A stretch of 60,342 nt of DNA, the filler included. It is 8 parts of 8 records of this genome, joined end to end, with 100 filler letters (N's around TTAATTAATTAA, not from the genome) between each part and the next. Parts side by side here need not be neighbours in the genome. Positions count along the whole stretch, not along the records: positions 6,593 to 11,687 come from SRR31156797_67481; positions 11,788 to 16,968 come from SRR31156797_67610; positions 17,069 to 23,911 come from SRR31156797_67651; 5 more parts are not named here. One strand, given 5' to 3'. A model generated the notes under the pieces. The model did not search any database, was not told where the DNA came from, and saw only the letters and a program-made list of their open reading frames with translations. Position numbers and translations under genes: made by a program. This document shows, piece by piece, positions 10,219 through 20,014 of this stretch (position 1 is the first letter of the stretch; every line of letters begins with the position of its first letter).

Positions 10219-10962
10219 ATGGGCTTAGATTCAAATATGATAGTAAAAACTAACGATAACTCAAATACACTATATTCTAAAAAATATAATCAACATTTTC
10301 ATGATATAAAAACAGGTGCAATTCAAGAATCACTGACAAAACATGTTATTCCTAGCTTTGATTTTCACAAAGACAAAAAATATTTAAGAATACTTGATAT
10401 CTGTTTTGGACTAGGATACAACACCTTTTCTACTATAAACTATGCATTAGAAAATGCTCTTAATAAAAAGCTAGAAATCTTTTCACCAGAACTTGATGGG
10501 GAACTAATTGAGTCATTAAAAGAGTTTGAATTTCCACAAGAGTTTGAAAAGATATCTCATATCATAAAAGAACTTCTTGAAACAAAAAAATACAAAGATG
10601 AAAATATACAAATAGAACTTTTCATAGGTGATGCAAGAGAGTACATAAAAACACTTGATAATCTAGATATAGTATACCAAGATGCTTTTAGCTCTGAAGT
10701 TAATGGTGAGCTTTGGACAGTTGAATACTTCACTGAGCTATTTTCTATAACAAATGAAAATGCAGTGGTAACCACTTATTCAATAGCAAGCAATGTAAGA
10801 CTATCTTTATATGAAGCTGGTTTTGAGATTTATGAAGTAAATCCTACTGGAAAAATGAAACAAACAATTGCAATTAAAAATAAAAAAGATATGGAAGCTA
10901 AGTATATTGATATGCAGTTAAAACAGGAAAGAAATAAAGAGCTAAAAGCCCTTTATGATTAA
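10219..10962 (+). CDS. mnmD: MnmC-type tRNA methyltransferase domain protein (MnmD-like)
   Basis: GAIQESLTKHV, LDICFGLGYN, YQDAFS, ELWT, TTYS motifs. Confidence 0.8.
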   Translation: MGLDSNMIVKTNDNSNTLYSKKYNQHFHDIKTGAIQESLTKHVIPSFDFHKDKKYLRILDICFGLGYNTFSTINYALENALNKKLEIFSPELDGELIESLKEFEFPQEFEKISHIIKELLETKKYKDENIQIELFIGDAREYIKTLDNLDIVYQDAFSSEVNGELWTVEYFTELFSITNENAVVTTYSIASNVRLSLYEAGFEIYEVNPTGKMKQTIAIKNKKDMEAKYIDMQLKQERNKELKALYD

Positions 10963-11459
10963 TCTTCTACAAGATTATCTAAGATATATCTTTCTAAATC
11001 TTTTTTAGAAATTTCTTCTTTGATAGCTTGTTCATAGATTTCTTCGATTTTTTGATTATACTCTTCATATGAGAAGTATGGAAATCTAAGTCTCCATGAT
11101 TTCTTGATTTGTCTTTTTGTAATTTCATCTCTAAGTCTAGCTCTAAAAAAGTTAAAACCAATAAAAATCACAGCAGTAATAACCATCGCCCCTAAGATAG
11201 AGATATGAGGGTCAATATTTGCTAAGGGCTTATGTAATATTGCAGAAATAGGCACAATAATTGCTAATACAATCATAATATACATAAAATAAGCTCGTCC
11301 AAGTTTTAATCTAAAACCTAATCTTGCTGGGTCTACATGCATACCTTCATTGTATTGTCTATTTGCATCTAATAAATCTCTTAATAAAATCGGTTGTTTT
11401 GATAAAATATAAACAAAGTCTAATACTCTATCTTTAATCGTTTTTTCTCTATGAGGCAT
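10959..11459 (-). CDS. Hypothetical membrane protein
   Basis: RBS AGGA; two transmembrane segments. Confidence 0.75.
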   Translation of the reverse strand: MPHREKTIKDRVLDFVYILSKQPILLRDLLDANRQYNEGMHVDPARLGFRLKLGRAYFMYIMIVLAIIVPISAILHKPLANIDPHISILGAMVITAVIFIGFNFFRARLRDEITKRQIKKSWRLRFPYFSYEEYNQKIEEIYEQAIKEEISKKDLERYILDNLVED

Positions 11460-11509
11460 TTGTTTTCCTATTTTATAATTGAAATCATTTTATCTAAGAT
11501 TTCTTTATA

Positions 11510-11686
11510 TTATACATTGTAGTAGTTTGCTTTATGGTGAGGCACTACTATTGCACACGTTGACTGCTCTGGGTGAATTTGGAATGTTTCAGAAAGCTCT
11601 ATTCCAAACTCTTCAGGTTTTAATAAATCAAACATATCTCTACTTTGTTCTAAATCAGGGCAAGCTGCATATCCAGGAGAGTATCT
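11510..11686 (-). CDS. metH: C-terminus of B12-dependent methionine synthase (absent from the ORF track)
   Basis: Manual translation RYSPGYAACPDLEQSRDMFDLLKPEEFGIELSETFQIHPEQSTCAIVVPHHKANYYNV*, the activation-domain signature. Confidence 0.9.
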   Translation of the reverse strand, partial: RYSPGYAACPDLEQSRDMFDLLKPEEFGIELSETFQIHPEQSTCAIVVPHHKANYYNV

Positions 11687-11787
11687 ANNNNNNNNNNNNN
11701 NNNNNNNNNNNNNNNNNNNNNNNNNNNNNNNTTAATTAATTAANNNNNNNNNNNNNNNNNNNNNNNNNNNNNNNNNNNNNNNNNNNN

Positions 11788-12624
11788 GACCTCAAAATAG
11801 GCGTTAAGCATCTGGACTACCTGTTCCGGTTCAAGACGCTCGGATAGGGCGGTAAAACCCCTCAGGTCCGTCATCATGATTGTAACGCTCCTTCTCTCAC
11901 CCCCTAATTCCAGAGTAGTCGGATCCTCGATGAGCGAGTTCATGACCTCGGTCGAAAGATACCGCCCGAACATCTTCTTGAGAAGAGAGGCCATCTCCGC
12001 CAGCCTTTTTCGTTCTTCCATGAGGTTGTCTTCCGTTTTATTCACTAAATATTTTGCGGACATCATGCCGAGAATTAATACGATGAAAACAGTATAGATA
12101 ACAATCTGATTCTGTAGAGCAAGGGTAGGTTTATCCATTTGATGAGTGGGCTCCACGTGTTCGTAAAGAACCATTATGGCAAGGTAACAAATGAAGCCAA
12201 AAAATATTGTAATGATCATCGATGTTTTTTCTTTCCTTGGGAAAACCAGGAAAGCATAAGCTATGGGGGTAAGAACAAAATAATGATCCACAATGTTCTT
12301 GCCGCTCAATGGGTATGAAAATAGGGCTAAAGCGTAAAAAAGTGAGAAGAGATATATTCTGGCTGTATTATAGCGGCCGAGCATTTGAAGTTTATATACC
12401 AGCAGGCTCAGAACAGAAGCTGCGATATTGGGAATAGCTAAAATGATGCCAATTTTTTCATCAGCGAGATTTATAAAAAAAAAGCAGAAATTTACTACAC
12501 ATAGTATAAAAGCACCGATGTTCACAAAACGAATGTGTTTTACTTCTTCAGGCCTTATTTCCGGAGTAACGCCGATGTCCCAGATAGCCCGAAACCCCTT
12601 ACTTACCGTATTAAGAAATACCAT
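11788..12624 (-). CDS. Membrane-bound class III adenylate/guanylate cyclase (3'-truncated)
   Basis: About 6 TM segments, then FGRYLS..LGGERRSVTIMMTDLRGFTALSE; RBS GGAGG before MVFLN. Confidence 0.9.
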
Positions 12625-12993
12625 TGTTCCACCTCCTTCAAAAGTCAAAGACATTCCGTTAGGATCGCTGGCGAGCTCTCCAAGGCTACTGTTTTTATTT
12701 CACGGAAATCCTTCAGCTTACACCGTAGCTTTTCATTATTTGAGTTTCGAATTAGAAATAAAGAGCAAATTGGGTTTTGGGATTTACAGGAACCTGTTGA
12801 TGAATTAAATTGCCAGATGGGATTCCGGTTGTAGGTCAATTATGATCCGTCACACTGCTACGTGGGCATATCTTATTCCGTATCTCAGGTTTTGCATATG
12901 TTTTGGTATATTGAGCGTATGCAATAAAAATGACCCCGCTTGGCCATTGTGCGGCATCCGTATAGGCATGGAAGGCTTTACATCACAGGTTTC

Positions 12994-14781
12994 TTAATTT
13001 TTGTTGGCTGGCAATGTAACATGCGATACGGAATTTTCGATAATACGTCCCTTGTCAACCGCTACGATCCTGTCCACCCGCAGGGTATCAGGAGGGCGGT
13101 GGGCAATCATCAAGATGGTCAATTTGCCGTGTAGTTTGTTCAACGCCTCATGGATCCGATGCTCGTTTTCAGAGTCCAAGGAGTTCGTTGCCTCATCCAT
13201 CAGCAATAGGGTGGGTTTTCGCAACAACGCCCTCGCCAGGGCGATCCTCTGGCGCTCGCCGCCGGAAATCCGGACCCCTCGGTCACCAACGATGGTATCC
13301 AGGCCCTTTGATGTTTGGGAGACAAACCCATCCGCCGCAGCCATGCGTAGCGCGGACCAGAGGTCAGTATCAGTGGCATCGGGGAGGGCCCAGAGCAGGT
13401 TGGCCCGAATGGTATCGTGGAATAGAAAGGTTTCCTGAGGCACATATCCCACCGAACGTCTCCATTGATGCAACAGGGAGCCGGTCAAGGGCTTGCCATC
13501 AATGCTCACAACTCCCTGTTCAGGTGACAGCAACCCCAGAATCAGATCGGCGAGGGTGCTCTTGCCGGCCCCTGAGGGTCCTACAACGGTCGTCATGCTG
13601 CCTACGGGTATGATGACATTAATATCCTGCAAGGCCCAGGTGTCAGCGTTCTTATGATAGCGAAAGGAGACATGGGAGAATCGCACCTCCTCGCGCAGAT
13701 GTATAGGCTTTATGGCGTTGTTAAAAGGCGGCTCTTTTGTCGCGTCAAGCCCTTTTTCCATGTCAAAGACCGCCTGAAAGGAGGGAAGTGCGTTTGCGAT
13801 GCGCTGCACCGTCTGCTGAATCAATGAAAAGCGCGGCAGCAGACGGGCAAACAGAAAGACCATCAGCAGCAAACTTGGTGCGGGCATCTTGACCTTTTCA
13901 ACCGCCACAAAGAAAAAAGCCGCCAGGATGGTCGCCGCTCCGATTTCGTAATACATCCGCGTAGACGAGTTGACCCTTGTGAAACGGACCATCTGATTCG
14001 TCACACCCTCGGTGATGTTCCTGAAATTCTTCTCCCGGCCGGCCTCAAGGCCGAGACTTTTGGCAATCTTCATGCCGCCCAGGTGCTCGGTAACCGCCGA
14101 ATACATGGCATTCATGGAACCGCGCAAGGCTTCTCCTGCGCCGTGGGCACGACGATTGAGCGGACGGAGGATGAGCAGAAAGCCTGCGCCGCACCCCAGG
14201 GCCAACAGGGTCATGGGGACGGAGATCATAAACGCAACGACCATATGCACGCCTGCTATGATGATGGTCCCTGTCAACTGGAGCGATTGTTGCGTGGCGA
14301 ATCCCACCCGTTGCAGATCACCTGTCAGCACATGGGTGATATCCGACGTCTTCATTTGCAGAAACCCCAGCCAACCGACACGGCAGAGTCCCTGGTAAAG
14401 CCGGTCCCTGAGAGCCTGGGTAAATCCGTAAATAATGGTGGTGTTGAGGACGTCCCGGTACCGTGTGACCATGGCGTGGAGAGTCACAATGCCCACGTAA
14501 AGGCACAGGACCGACGGCAAAGTCAACGGCAGACCGAACCACGCAAATGCCTTGGCAACATGAGATACAATACCGCCGGGACCTTCCGTGCCGCCCAGAC
14601 CGATCAAACTGAGAAAAGGTACCAGCATGACCAGCCCCACCCCTTGGGTCAAGCCCAGAAAGACCATCAAGGCCAGTGAAAGCCATGGCCTGAAACCTGA
14701 ATGACGGAGCAGGGTTCTGATATAGGGGATGACCTTGCGGCGTCCAAAATGTTTCCGCGAATGCATCTTTTCATTGTCCAT
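12994..14781 (-). CDS. ABC exporter (TMD+NBD) of the lasso-peptide cluster
   Basis: Walker A GPSGAGKST, signature ISGGERQR, Walker B LLLMDE; follows B2. Confidence 0.9.
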   Translation of the reverse strand: MDNEKMHSRKHFGRRKVIPYIRTLLRHSGFRPWLSLALMVFLGLTQGVGLVMLVPFLSLIGLGGTEGPGGIVSHVAKAFAWFGLPLTLPSVLCLYVGIVTLHAMVTRYRDVLNTTIIYGFTQALRDRLYQGLCRVGWLGFLQMKTSDITHVLTGDLQRVGFATQQSLQLTGTIIIAGVHMVVAFMISVPMTLLALGCGAGFLLILRPLNRRAHGAGEALRGSMNAMYSAVTEHLGGMKIAKSLGLEAGREKNFRNITEGVTNQMVRFTRVNSSTRMYYEIGAATILAAFFFVAVEKVKMPAPSLLLMVFLFARLLPRFSLIQQTVQRIANALPSFQAVFDMEKGLDATKEPPFNNAIKPIHLREEVRFSHVSFRYHKNADTWALQDINVIIPVGSMTTVVGPSGAGKSTLADLILGLLSPEQGVVSIDGKPLTGSLLHQWRRSVGYVPQETFLFHDTIRANLLWALPDATDTDLWSALRMAAADGFVSQTSKGLDTIVGDRGVRISGGERQRIALARALLRKPTLLLMDEATNSLDSENEHRIHEALNKLHGKLTILMIAHRPPDTLRVDRIVAVDKGRIIENSVSHVTLPANKN

Positions 14782-14828
14782 GGGGCCTTACCGGTAGATC
14801 TTGTTTTGGGGATGAAATACTTGAAAAA

Positions 14829-15272
14829 TTATGATCTGTCTCCAAAGGTGGCCACCACCGTGAATTGACGGTGGGAGCCTGCGCCCGTGAGGATGGTGTC
14901 GCCACAGCGGATCCAGGCATGGGCGCTCAGGCCTTTATGCCCCTCCTTCAACAGGCCCAGATAGAGGGTGCTGGGAATCTTGCGGCGTTTGAGCATCATT
15001 TTGGCGGCCATGGCCTGGGCCAGGCATTTGCTTTCCCAGGGGGTGTGGCGGCCCGCGGTCCGGACGGCCCAGGAAATGTGTCGGATCAGGGGGCGGAACT
15101 CGGAAGCATCGGTGGACGTTTCAGCCATGGTGCGGCCTAAAAAAGGTGCAATACGACGAAAAGGGAGCACCGAAAGTGCCAGGCGGGCCAGTGCAAGCCA
15201 GAAGAAGGCTTCCACAAAAAGGGGTCTTTCAAGGGCGGAACGGCGGAAGAATTTCTTCAATATCGATCGCAA
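14829..15272 (-). CDS. Lasso peptide leader peptidase B2 (transglutaminase-like)
   Basis: PWESKCLAQA, LYLG and AHAW motifs. Confidence 0.92.
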   Translation of the reverse strand: MRSILKKFFRRSALERPLFVEAFFWLALARLALSVLPFRRIAPFLGRTMAETSTDASEFRPLIRHISWAVRTAGRHTPWESKCLAQAMAAKMMLKRRKIPSTLYLGLLKEGHKGLSAHAWIRCGDTILTGAGSHRQFTVVATFGDRS

Positions 15273-15335
15273 TCCGGATTTTTCCCTTCGAGGTGATGCC
15301 GTAAAAAAGAGCGAGCGGATCCCTTTCCAAAATGG

Positions 15336-15620
15336 TCAAACAAGCTCAATGATCTTTTCACCGTATAGTTCGTTTAAAAAACCGACTACGTCGGTAAAGC
15401 ATTGCGCCCGATCGACATCGTAGCGGACCAGCAGCGCTTCGCACAGGGCCTCGACCGTGATCGGCTTCTCCAACTCTGTCCAGATCACCTTGCCGATATC
15501 ATCCAGAACGAAGTAAGAATTGCTTTCAATACTCATCATGGCCAACTCGTCTTCCATCTCTGTGGCAAGAAAGCCATCGCTACGGACAACGACCGTGTCC
15601 GCGGAAATCGATTCTGACAT
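15336..15620 (-). CDS. Lasso peptide B1 / PqqD-family RiPP recognition element
   Basis: EMEDELAMMSIESNSYFVLDDIGKVIW...YDVDRAQC; GGAG RBS before the ATG at 15620. Confidence 0.9.
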   Translation of the reverse strand: MSESISADTVVVRSDGFLATEMEDELAMMSIESNSYFVLDDIGKVIWTELEKPITVEALCEALLVRYDVDRAQCFTDVVGFLNELYGEKIIELV

Positions 15621-15694
15621 ATGGCACTCCTTTGAAAACCACTTTGTTGACGGCAATCCGATCGGCATAATTCCTTTTTTGTCCATTTCCAGAC

Positions 15695-16540
15695 TCAATA
15701 AACCGGTGCGCCGTCTTCCGTCAAATAGCCAAAGCGGCGCATTACCGGGCCATGGGCCTCGATCAATTGCCGCACCTGGCGGGCGGTCAGTTCCTCCCCC
15801 CAGGAACCGATTCTTCCCTTGCGGAAAAAAGCACTCGCCTTTTGAGGTTTTTCCCTAAACCCCGCATTTTCCTCCTGGGCCTTCAGCCGATCGAAGCTTG
15901 CAGCATCGATTGCTTTGCCGAGCCGGACGGTATCCACATGAAACCCGGCAAAACCGAGCATGGCGCCAAAGGTGGCTTCCGGTACATTCACCATGTCTTC
16001 ATAACGGGAAACGTGAACCGGAAGGTCCGAATCGTCCACCCAGCTTGTCACATGGCGGCTCCAGGAAAACAACTGCTGTGCCACCTGGTTTCTCGTTTTG
16101 CCGATCTTGGCCTCCGGCCGGCACAACAAATCAACGGTGCCCTGGATCGGCCGGGATCTGTGATGGGCGAAGGAGACGGCCACATCGAGGGGATTCCGCA
16201 ACAGGTAAATCACCCCTTTCGTTGCGTCAACCGGGACAAGCCCCATCCCATCCGAATTGCGGGTGAACGCGTCGTGAATCTTGACGAAAATATCGTGTGA
16301 CTGGTAAACTGCAAGACTCCGATATAGTTGCGGGCGGTACCGTTCAATTTCATCCGGGGTCAATTCAGAGACATCGATGCCCGCAAAGTTGTCAAACAAC
16401 TGCCGACTGCTGGCGATGACCCCGCCCAGGCGATTGATTTCAATGGGGGTCTCCTGATTACCGCGATAATTGGCCAGCACCAGACGGGTCCAGGTGTTGC
16501 CCGATTTGGGATAGGATGCAAGCCAGTATATCCTGCCCAT
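15695..16540 (-). CDS. PAPS-dependent sulfotransferase
   Basis: 5'-PSB ASYPKSGNTW, 3'-PB RNPLDVAVS, RYED, FFRKGRIGSW. Confidence 0.93.
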   Translation of the reverse strand: MGRIYWLASYPKSGNTWTRLVLANYRGNQETPIEINRLGGVIASSRQLFDNFAGIDVSELTPDEIERYRPQLYRSLAVYQSHDIFVKIHDAFTRNSDGMGLVPVDATKGVIYLLRNPLDVAVSFAHHRSRPIQGTVDLLCRPEAKIGKTRNQVAQQLFSWSRHVTSWVDDSDLPVHVSRYEDMVNVPEATFGAMLGFAGFHVDTVRLGKAIDAASFDRLKAQEENAGFREKPQKASAFFRKGRIGSWGEELTARQVRQLIEAHGPVMRRFGYLTEDGAPVY

Positions 16541-16959
16541 CAGCCCAAATCCGATTCGATGGCATCGGCCACAGCGTGAAAATCTCCCCCGCTACGGGGC
16601 CGGTAAAGCGCTTTAACGCTGATTTTCGTGCTGATCAGCGTAACCAGTTGGAAATGATCGGCCCGCAGTCCCAGACCGTCCATAAAGGGCATGCCGTTTG
16701 TCCGATAGAGCATCATCTGCATTTTCCGGGTGTTGCTTAACGTCTTGAATTCGATTTGAGGCCGTTCGCTGGGGACCAGGACATAAACGGCCCGCAAGGG
16801 TACGGGTGCTGCTGAAAATCTGGATGCGGAAACCCCGTATTTGTCCACCCGTGCATCCCGCCGGATCAGAGGGAGGTCCTTAACCGGAAGGAGCAATTCC
16901 CTGGCGGCATCTCCGCATATTTTCATGTAGGGATAAGCGGGTCGGACCGAAAGCGCCGA
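16540..16959 (-). CDS. C-terminal part of an HPr-kinase-related (PadeK-like) kinase
   Basis: VRPAYPYMKI..D, RVDKY and PVPLRAVYVL motifs; position in a lasso cluster; truncated at the contig edge. Confidence 0.7.
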   Translation of the reverse strand, partial: SALSVRPAYPYMKICGDAARELLLPVKDLPLIRRDARVDKYGVSASRFSAAPVPLRAVYVLVPSERPQIEFKTLSNTRKMQMMLYRTNGMPFMDGLGLRADHFQLVTLISTKISVKALYRPRSGGDFHAVADAIESDLG

Positions 16960-17069
16960 TTAAAACCGNNNNNNNNNNNNNNNNNNNNNNNNNNNNNNNN
17001 NNNNNNNNNNNNTTAATTAATTAANNNNNNNNNNNNNNNNNNNNNNNNNNNNNNNNNNNNNNNNNNNNT

Positions 17070-18593
17070 ACCTGTTCCCAGGACACCCAGGACAAGATGA
17101 CCGAAGTCATTAGGGAAAACAACCTCAACAGAATTGTTGTGGCCGCCTGTTCTCCCAGGACCCACGAACCCTTGTTCCAGGAAACCCTGGTCAACGCCGG
17201 CTTGAACAAGTATTTGTTCGAAATGGCCAATATTCGAAACCACAATTCCTGGGTTCATTCGGACGATCCCGACGCGGCCACGGAAAAGGCCAAGGATCTG
17301 GTCCGGATGGCTATAGCCAAGGCCGCACTCTTGTCTCCGCTCCAGGAAACCACAATCAATGTAGATCCCTCGGCCCTTGTTATCGGCGGGGGCGCCGCCG
17401 GTCTGAACGCCTCACTGGCCCTTTCCGCACAGGGCTTCAAGGTCGATCTGGTCGAAAAAACCGACCAGCTCGGCGGAATAGCCAACCAGCTCGCCCACAC
17501 GGCCAAGGGAGAGGACATTCAGGCTTATGTCAAGGACTTGATCGCAGAAGTGCAGGCCGACGATAACGTTTCGGTCCATCTTGAAACCACCGTGGCCGAC
17601 GTGGACGGTTTTATCGGCAACTTTACCACCAAGCTGTCGAACGCAGCAGAAGTAAAACACGGCGCAGCCCTCATCACCACAGGGGCCAGGGAATACAAGC
17701 CGGCCGAATACCAATACGGCGAGGACGAGCGGGTCCTGACTTCCCTTGAAATGGACGCTCTGTTAATGAAGGACGAGCCGGGTTTGAAAACGGCCCAAAA
17801 CTTCGCTTTTATCCAGTGCGTGGGATCAAGGGATTCCGAGCATCCTTATTGTTCCAAGGTCTGCTGCACCCATTCGGTGGCCAACGCCCTGGAAATCAAG
17901 GAACGCAATCCGGAAGCCAGGGTTTATATCCTGTACCGGGATATGAGGACCTACGGCGGCCGCGAGGATCTATACAAGGAAGCCCGTTCCAAGGGCGTCA
18001 TTTTCATCAGGTACGACCTTGATCACAAGCCCGTTGTCGCCAAGAACGGATCCGAACTGGAAGTTACGGTCCACGATCCGATTCTGACCCGCAAAGTGAC
18101 CATTTCCGTGGACTACCTGACCCTGGCCACGGCCATTGTCAGCCAGAAAGACAATGAGCTGGCTCAGATGTTCAAGGTGGCCATGGATGACGACGGTTGG
18201 TTCCTGGAAGCACACCAGAAGCTTCGCCCGGTCGATTTCGCGACAGACGGCGTTTTCGTAGCCGGTTTGGCCCATTATCCCAAGCCGCTCGATGAATCCG
18301 TCGCCCAGGCTCAGGCAGCATCTTCAAGGGCGGTCACGGTTCTGACATCGACCGAACTACAGGTCGGCGGAGTCGTTGCAGAAATGAATCACGCCCGCTG
18401 CACCGGCTGCTCCCTGTGCATTTCGGTCTGCCCTTATAATGCGATTGAGCTGGATGAAAACAGCAAGGCTGTCGTCAACGAGGCCCTGTGCAAGGGCTGC
18501 GGAACATGCGTCTCCTCTTGCCGTTGCGGATCTCCACAACTGAGAGGCTTCACCAACGCCGGAATATTCGCTCAAATTGCAGCTTGTTTTTAA
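17070..18593 (+). CDS. hdrA: Heterodisulfide reductase subunit A-like flavoprotein (5'-truncated)
   Basis: VVAACSPRTHEPLF, ANIRNH, GGGAAG, IQCVGSR, CSKVCC, two C-terminal ferredoxin motifs. Confidence 0.93.
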   Translation, partial: TCSQDTQDKMTEVIRENNLNRIVVAACSPRTHEPLFQETLVNAGLNKYLFEMANIRNHNSWVHSDDPDAATEKAKDLVRMAIAKAALLSPLQETTINVDPSALVIGGGAAGLNASLALSAQGFKVDLVEKTDQLGGIANQLAHTAKGEDIQAYVKDLIAEVQADDNVSVHLETTVADVDGFIGNFTTKLSNAAEVKHGAALITTGAREYKPAEYQYGEDERVLTSLEMDALLMKDEPGLKTAQNFAFIQCVGSRDSEHPYCSKVCCTHSVANALEIKERNPEARVYILYRDMRTYGGREDLYKEARSKGVIFIRYDLDHKPVVAKNGSELEVTVHDPILTRKVTISVDYLTLATAIVSQKDNELAQMFKVAMDDDGWFLEAHQKLRPVDFATDGVFVAGLAHYPKPLDESVAQAQAASSRAVTVLTSTELQVGGVVAEMNHARCTGCSLCISVCPYNAIELDENSKAVVNEALCKGCGTCVSSCRCGSPQLRGFTNAGIFAQIAACF

Positions 18594-18603
18594 GGATGAC
18601 ATT

Positions 18604-19056
18604 ATGACTAACGAAGAAAAAAGCGCAGAACAGTACGAACCGAAAATAGTGGCATTCTTTTGCAACTGGTGCACCTACGGGGGCGCGGACCTGGCCGGCG
18701 TCAGCCGGCTGCAGTATCCCCCCAACTTCAGGGCCATCAGGCTGCCCTGCACCGGTAGAATGAGTCCCAAGTTCATTTTGGAAGCCTTCCGTCGTGGAGC
18801 CGACGGGGTTTGGGTTTCCGGCTGCCATCCCGGCGACTGTCATTTTATCGAGGGCAACTATTTCGCCCGCAGGAAATTCACCCTGATGAACAATATGCTT
18901 CACGCCATGGGACTGGAACAGGGCCGCCTGCATTTCAGCTGGATATCTTCAGCCGAGGCGACCAAGTTCCAGGACACGGCCAAAACGGTCATTGAAGCGG
19001 TCAAGGCCCTGGGCCCGAATACCCAGTTCGTCAAGAATAGACTCGAGGTGGCCTAA
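18604..19056 (+). CDS. flxD: MvhD/FlxD [2Fe-2S] subunit
   Basis: FFCNWCTYGGAD, PCTGR, GCHPGDCHF, WISSAE. Confidence 0.9.
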   Translation: MTNEEKSAEQYEPKIVAFFCNWCTYGGADLAGVSRLQYPPNFRAIRLPCTGRMSPKFILEAFRRGADGVWVSGCHPGDCHFIEGNYFARRKFTLMNNMLHAMGLEQGRLHFSWISSAEATKFQDTAKTVIEAVKALGPNTQFVKNRLEVA

Positions 19057-20001
19057 ATGGAATCTCTAACAGCAAAAATACGTGAGACGGCAAAGGAGTT
19101 ACTGGCCGACGGCAAGGTCGATGTGGTAATCGGCTATCGTGCTGGCACACTGCCCCTGAAGACGGCGCCTTATTTTGCTTATACCCCCGAAGAAGCCGAA
19201 AACCTGGTTTGGGATTCCAATTGCCGGATTAATCTGGCCAATTTCCTTCCCAGGCGGCAAGGTAAATTCGCCGTGGTCGCCAAAGGGTGCGACGCCCGCA
19301 ACATAGCGGGTCATATTTTGGAAAACCAGATCAGCAGGGACCAGGTATACATTATCGGCGTACCCTGTTCGGGCATGATCGAGCCGGATCTTGTCATGGA
19401 AAAAGAATCGCGCCCGGTTCTGGAAGCTTCAGAGGCCGACGGCAAAATCACGCTCAAGGGCAAGGATTTTGAAACCGTAATAGACCGGGATGAAGTATTA
19501 CGGAGGAATTGCACTGTCTGCACTCACAGGAATCCTCCGGTTTATGACGTTCTTGTCGGCGAGGAAACCCCGGAACAGGATGTGGACAGGTACGCGGACC
19601 TTAACGAACTCCTGTCCAGACCGGAAAATGAACGTTACGCATACTTTGAGGATCTGGTCAAAACCTGCATCCGGTGTTACGCATGCCGTGACGCCTGTCC
19701 GTTATGCTACTGCCAGGTATGTTTCGTGGATGAATCCATGCCTCAGTGGGTCGGCAAGTCTCAGGACAAGGCCGATGTCATGACATACCACATACTGCGG
19801 GCTTTCCATTGCGCCGGCCGTTGTACGGATTGCGGCGCGTGCGAAACAGCCTGCCCCATGGGCATCAAGGTAAGGCAGTTCACAAGGATTCTCGAAAAGG
19901 ACGTCAATGAGTTGTATGGGTACGAGGCGGGCTTGTCCCTTGACGAAAAACCGCCGCTGACCGTCTATCGCCCTGACGATCCTCAAGAATTCATCAAGTA
20001 A
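19057..20001 (+). CDS. flxC: FlxC-like 4Fe-4S subunit
   Basis: KGCD, CIRCYACRDACPLCYC, HCAGRCTDCGACETACP; hdrA-flxDCBA gene order. Confidence 0.8.
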   Translation: MESLTAKIRETAKELLADGKVDVVIGYRAGTLPLKTAPYFAYTPEEAENLVWDSNCRINLANFLPRRQGKFAVVAKGCDARNIAGHILENQISRDQVYIIGVPCSGMIEPDLVMEKESRPVLEASEADGKITLKGKDFETVIDRDEVLRRNCTVCTHRNPPVYDVLVGEETPEQDVDRYADLNELLSRPENERYAYFEDLVKTCIRCYACRDACPLCYCQVCFVDESMPQWVGKSQDKADVMTYHILRAFHCAGRCTDCGACETACPMGIKVRQFTRILEKDVNELYGYEAGLSLDEKPPLTVYRPDDPQEFIK

Positions 20002-20014
20002 GGACGGTTTGGTC

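Noticed and set aside
11479-11739. 86-aa plus-strand ORF
   Set aside because: Shadow of the metH C-terminus on the minus strand
12655-15700. Lasso precursor peptide in the intergenic gaps
   Set aside because: No short ORF with a YxxP/WxxP leader and Thr at -2 was found; it probably lies beyond the contig edge
17070-19056. Selenocysteine recoding in HdrA or MvhD/FlxD
   Set aside because: The usual positions are Cys codons and the frames contain no TGA
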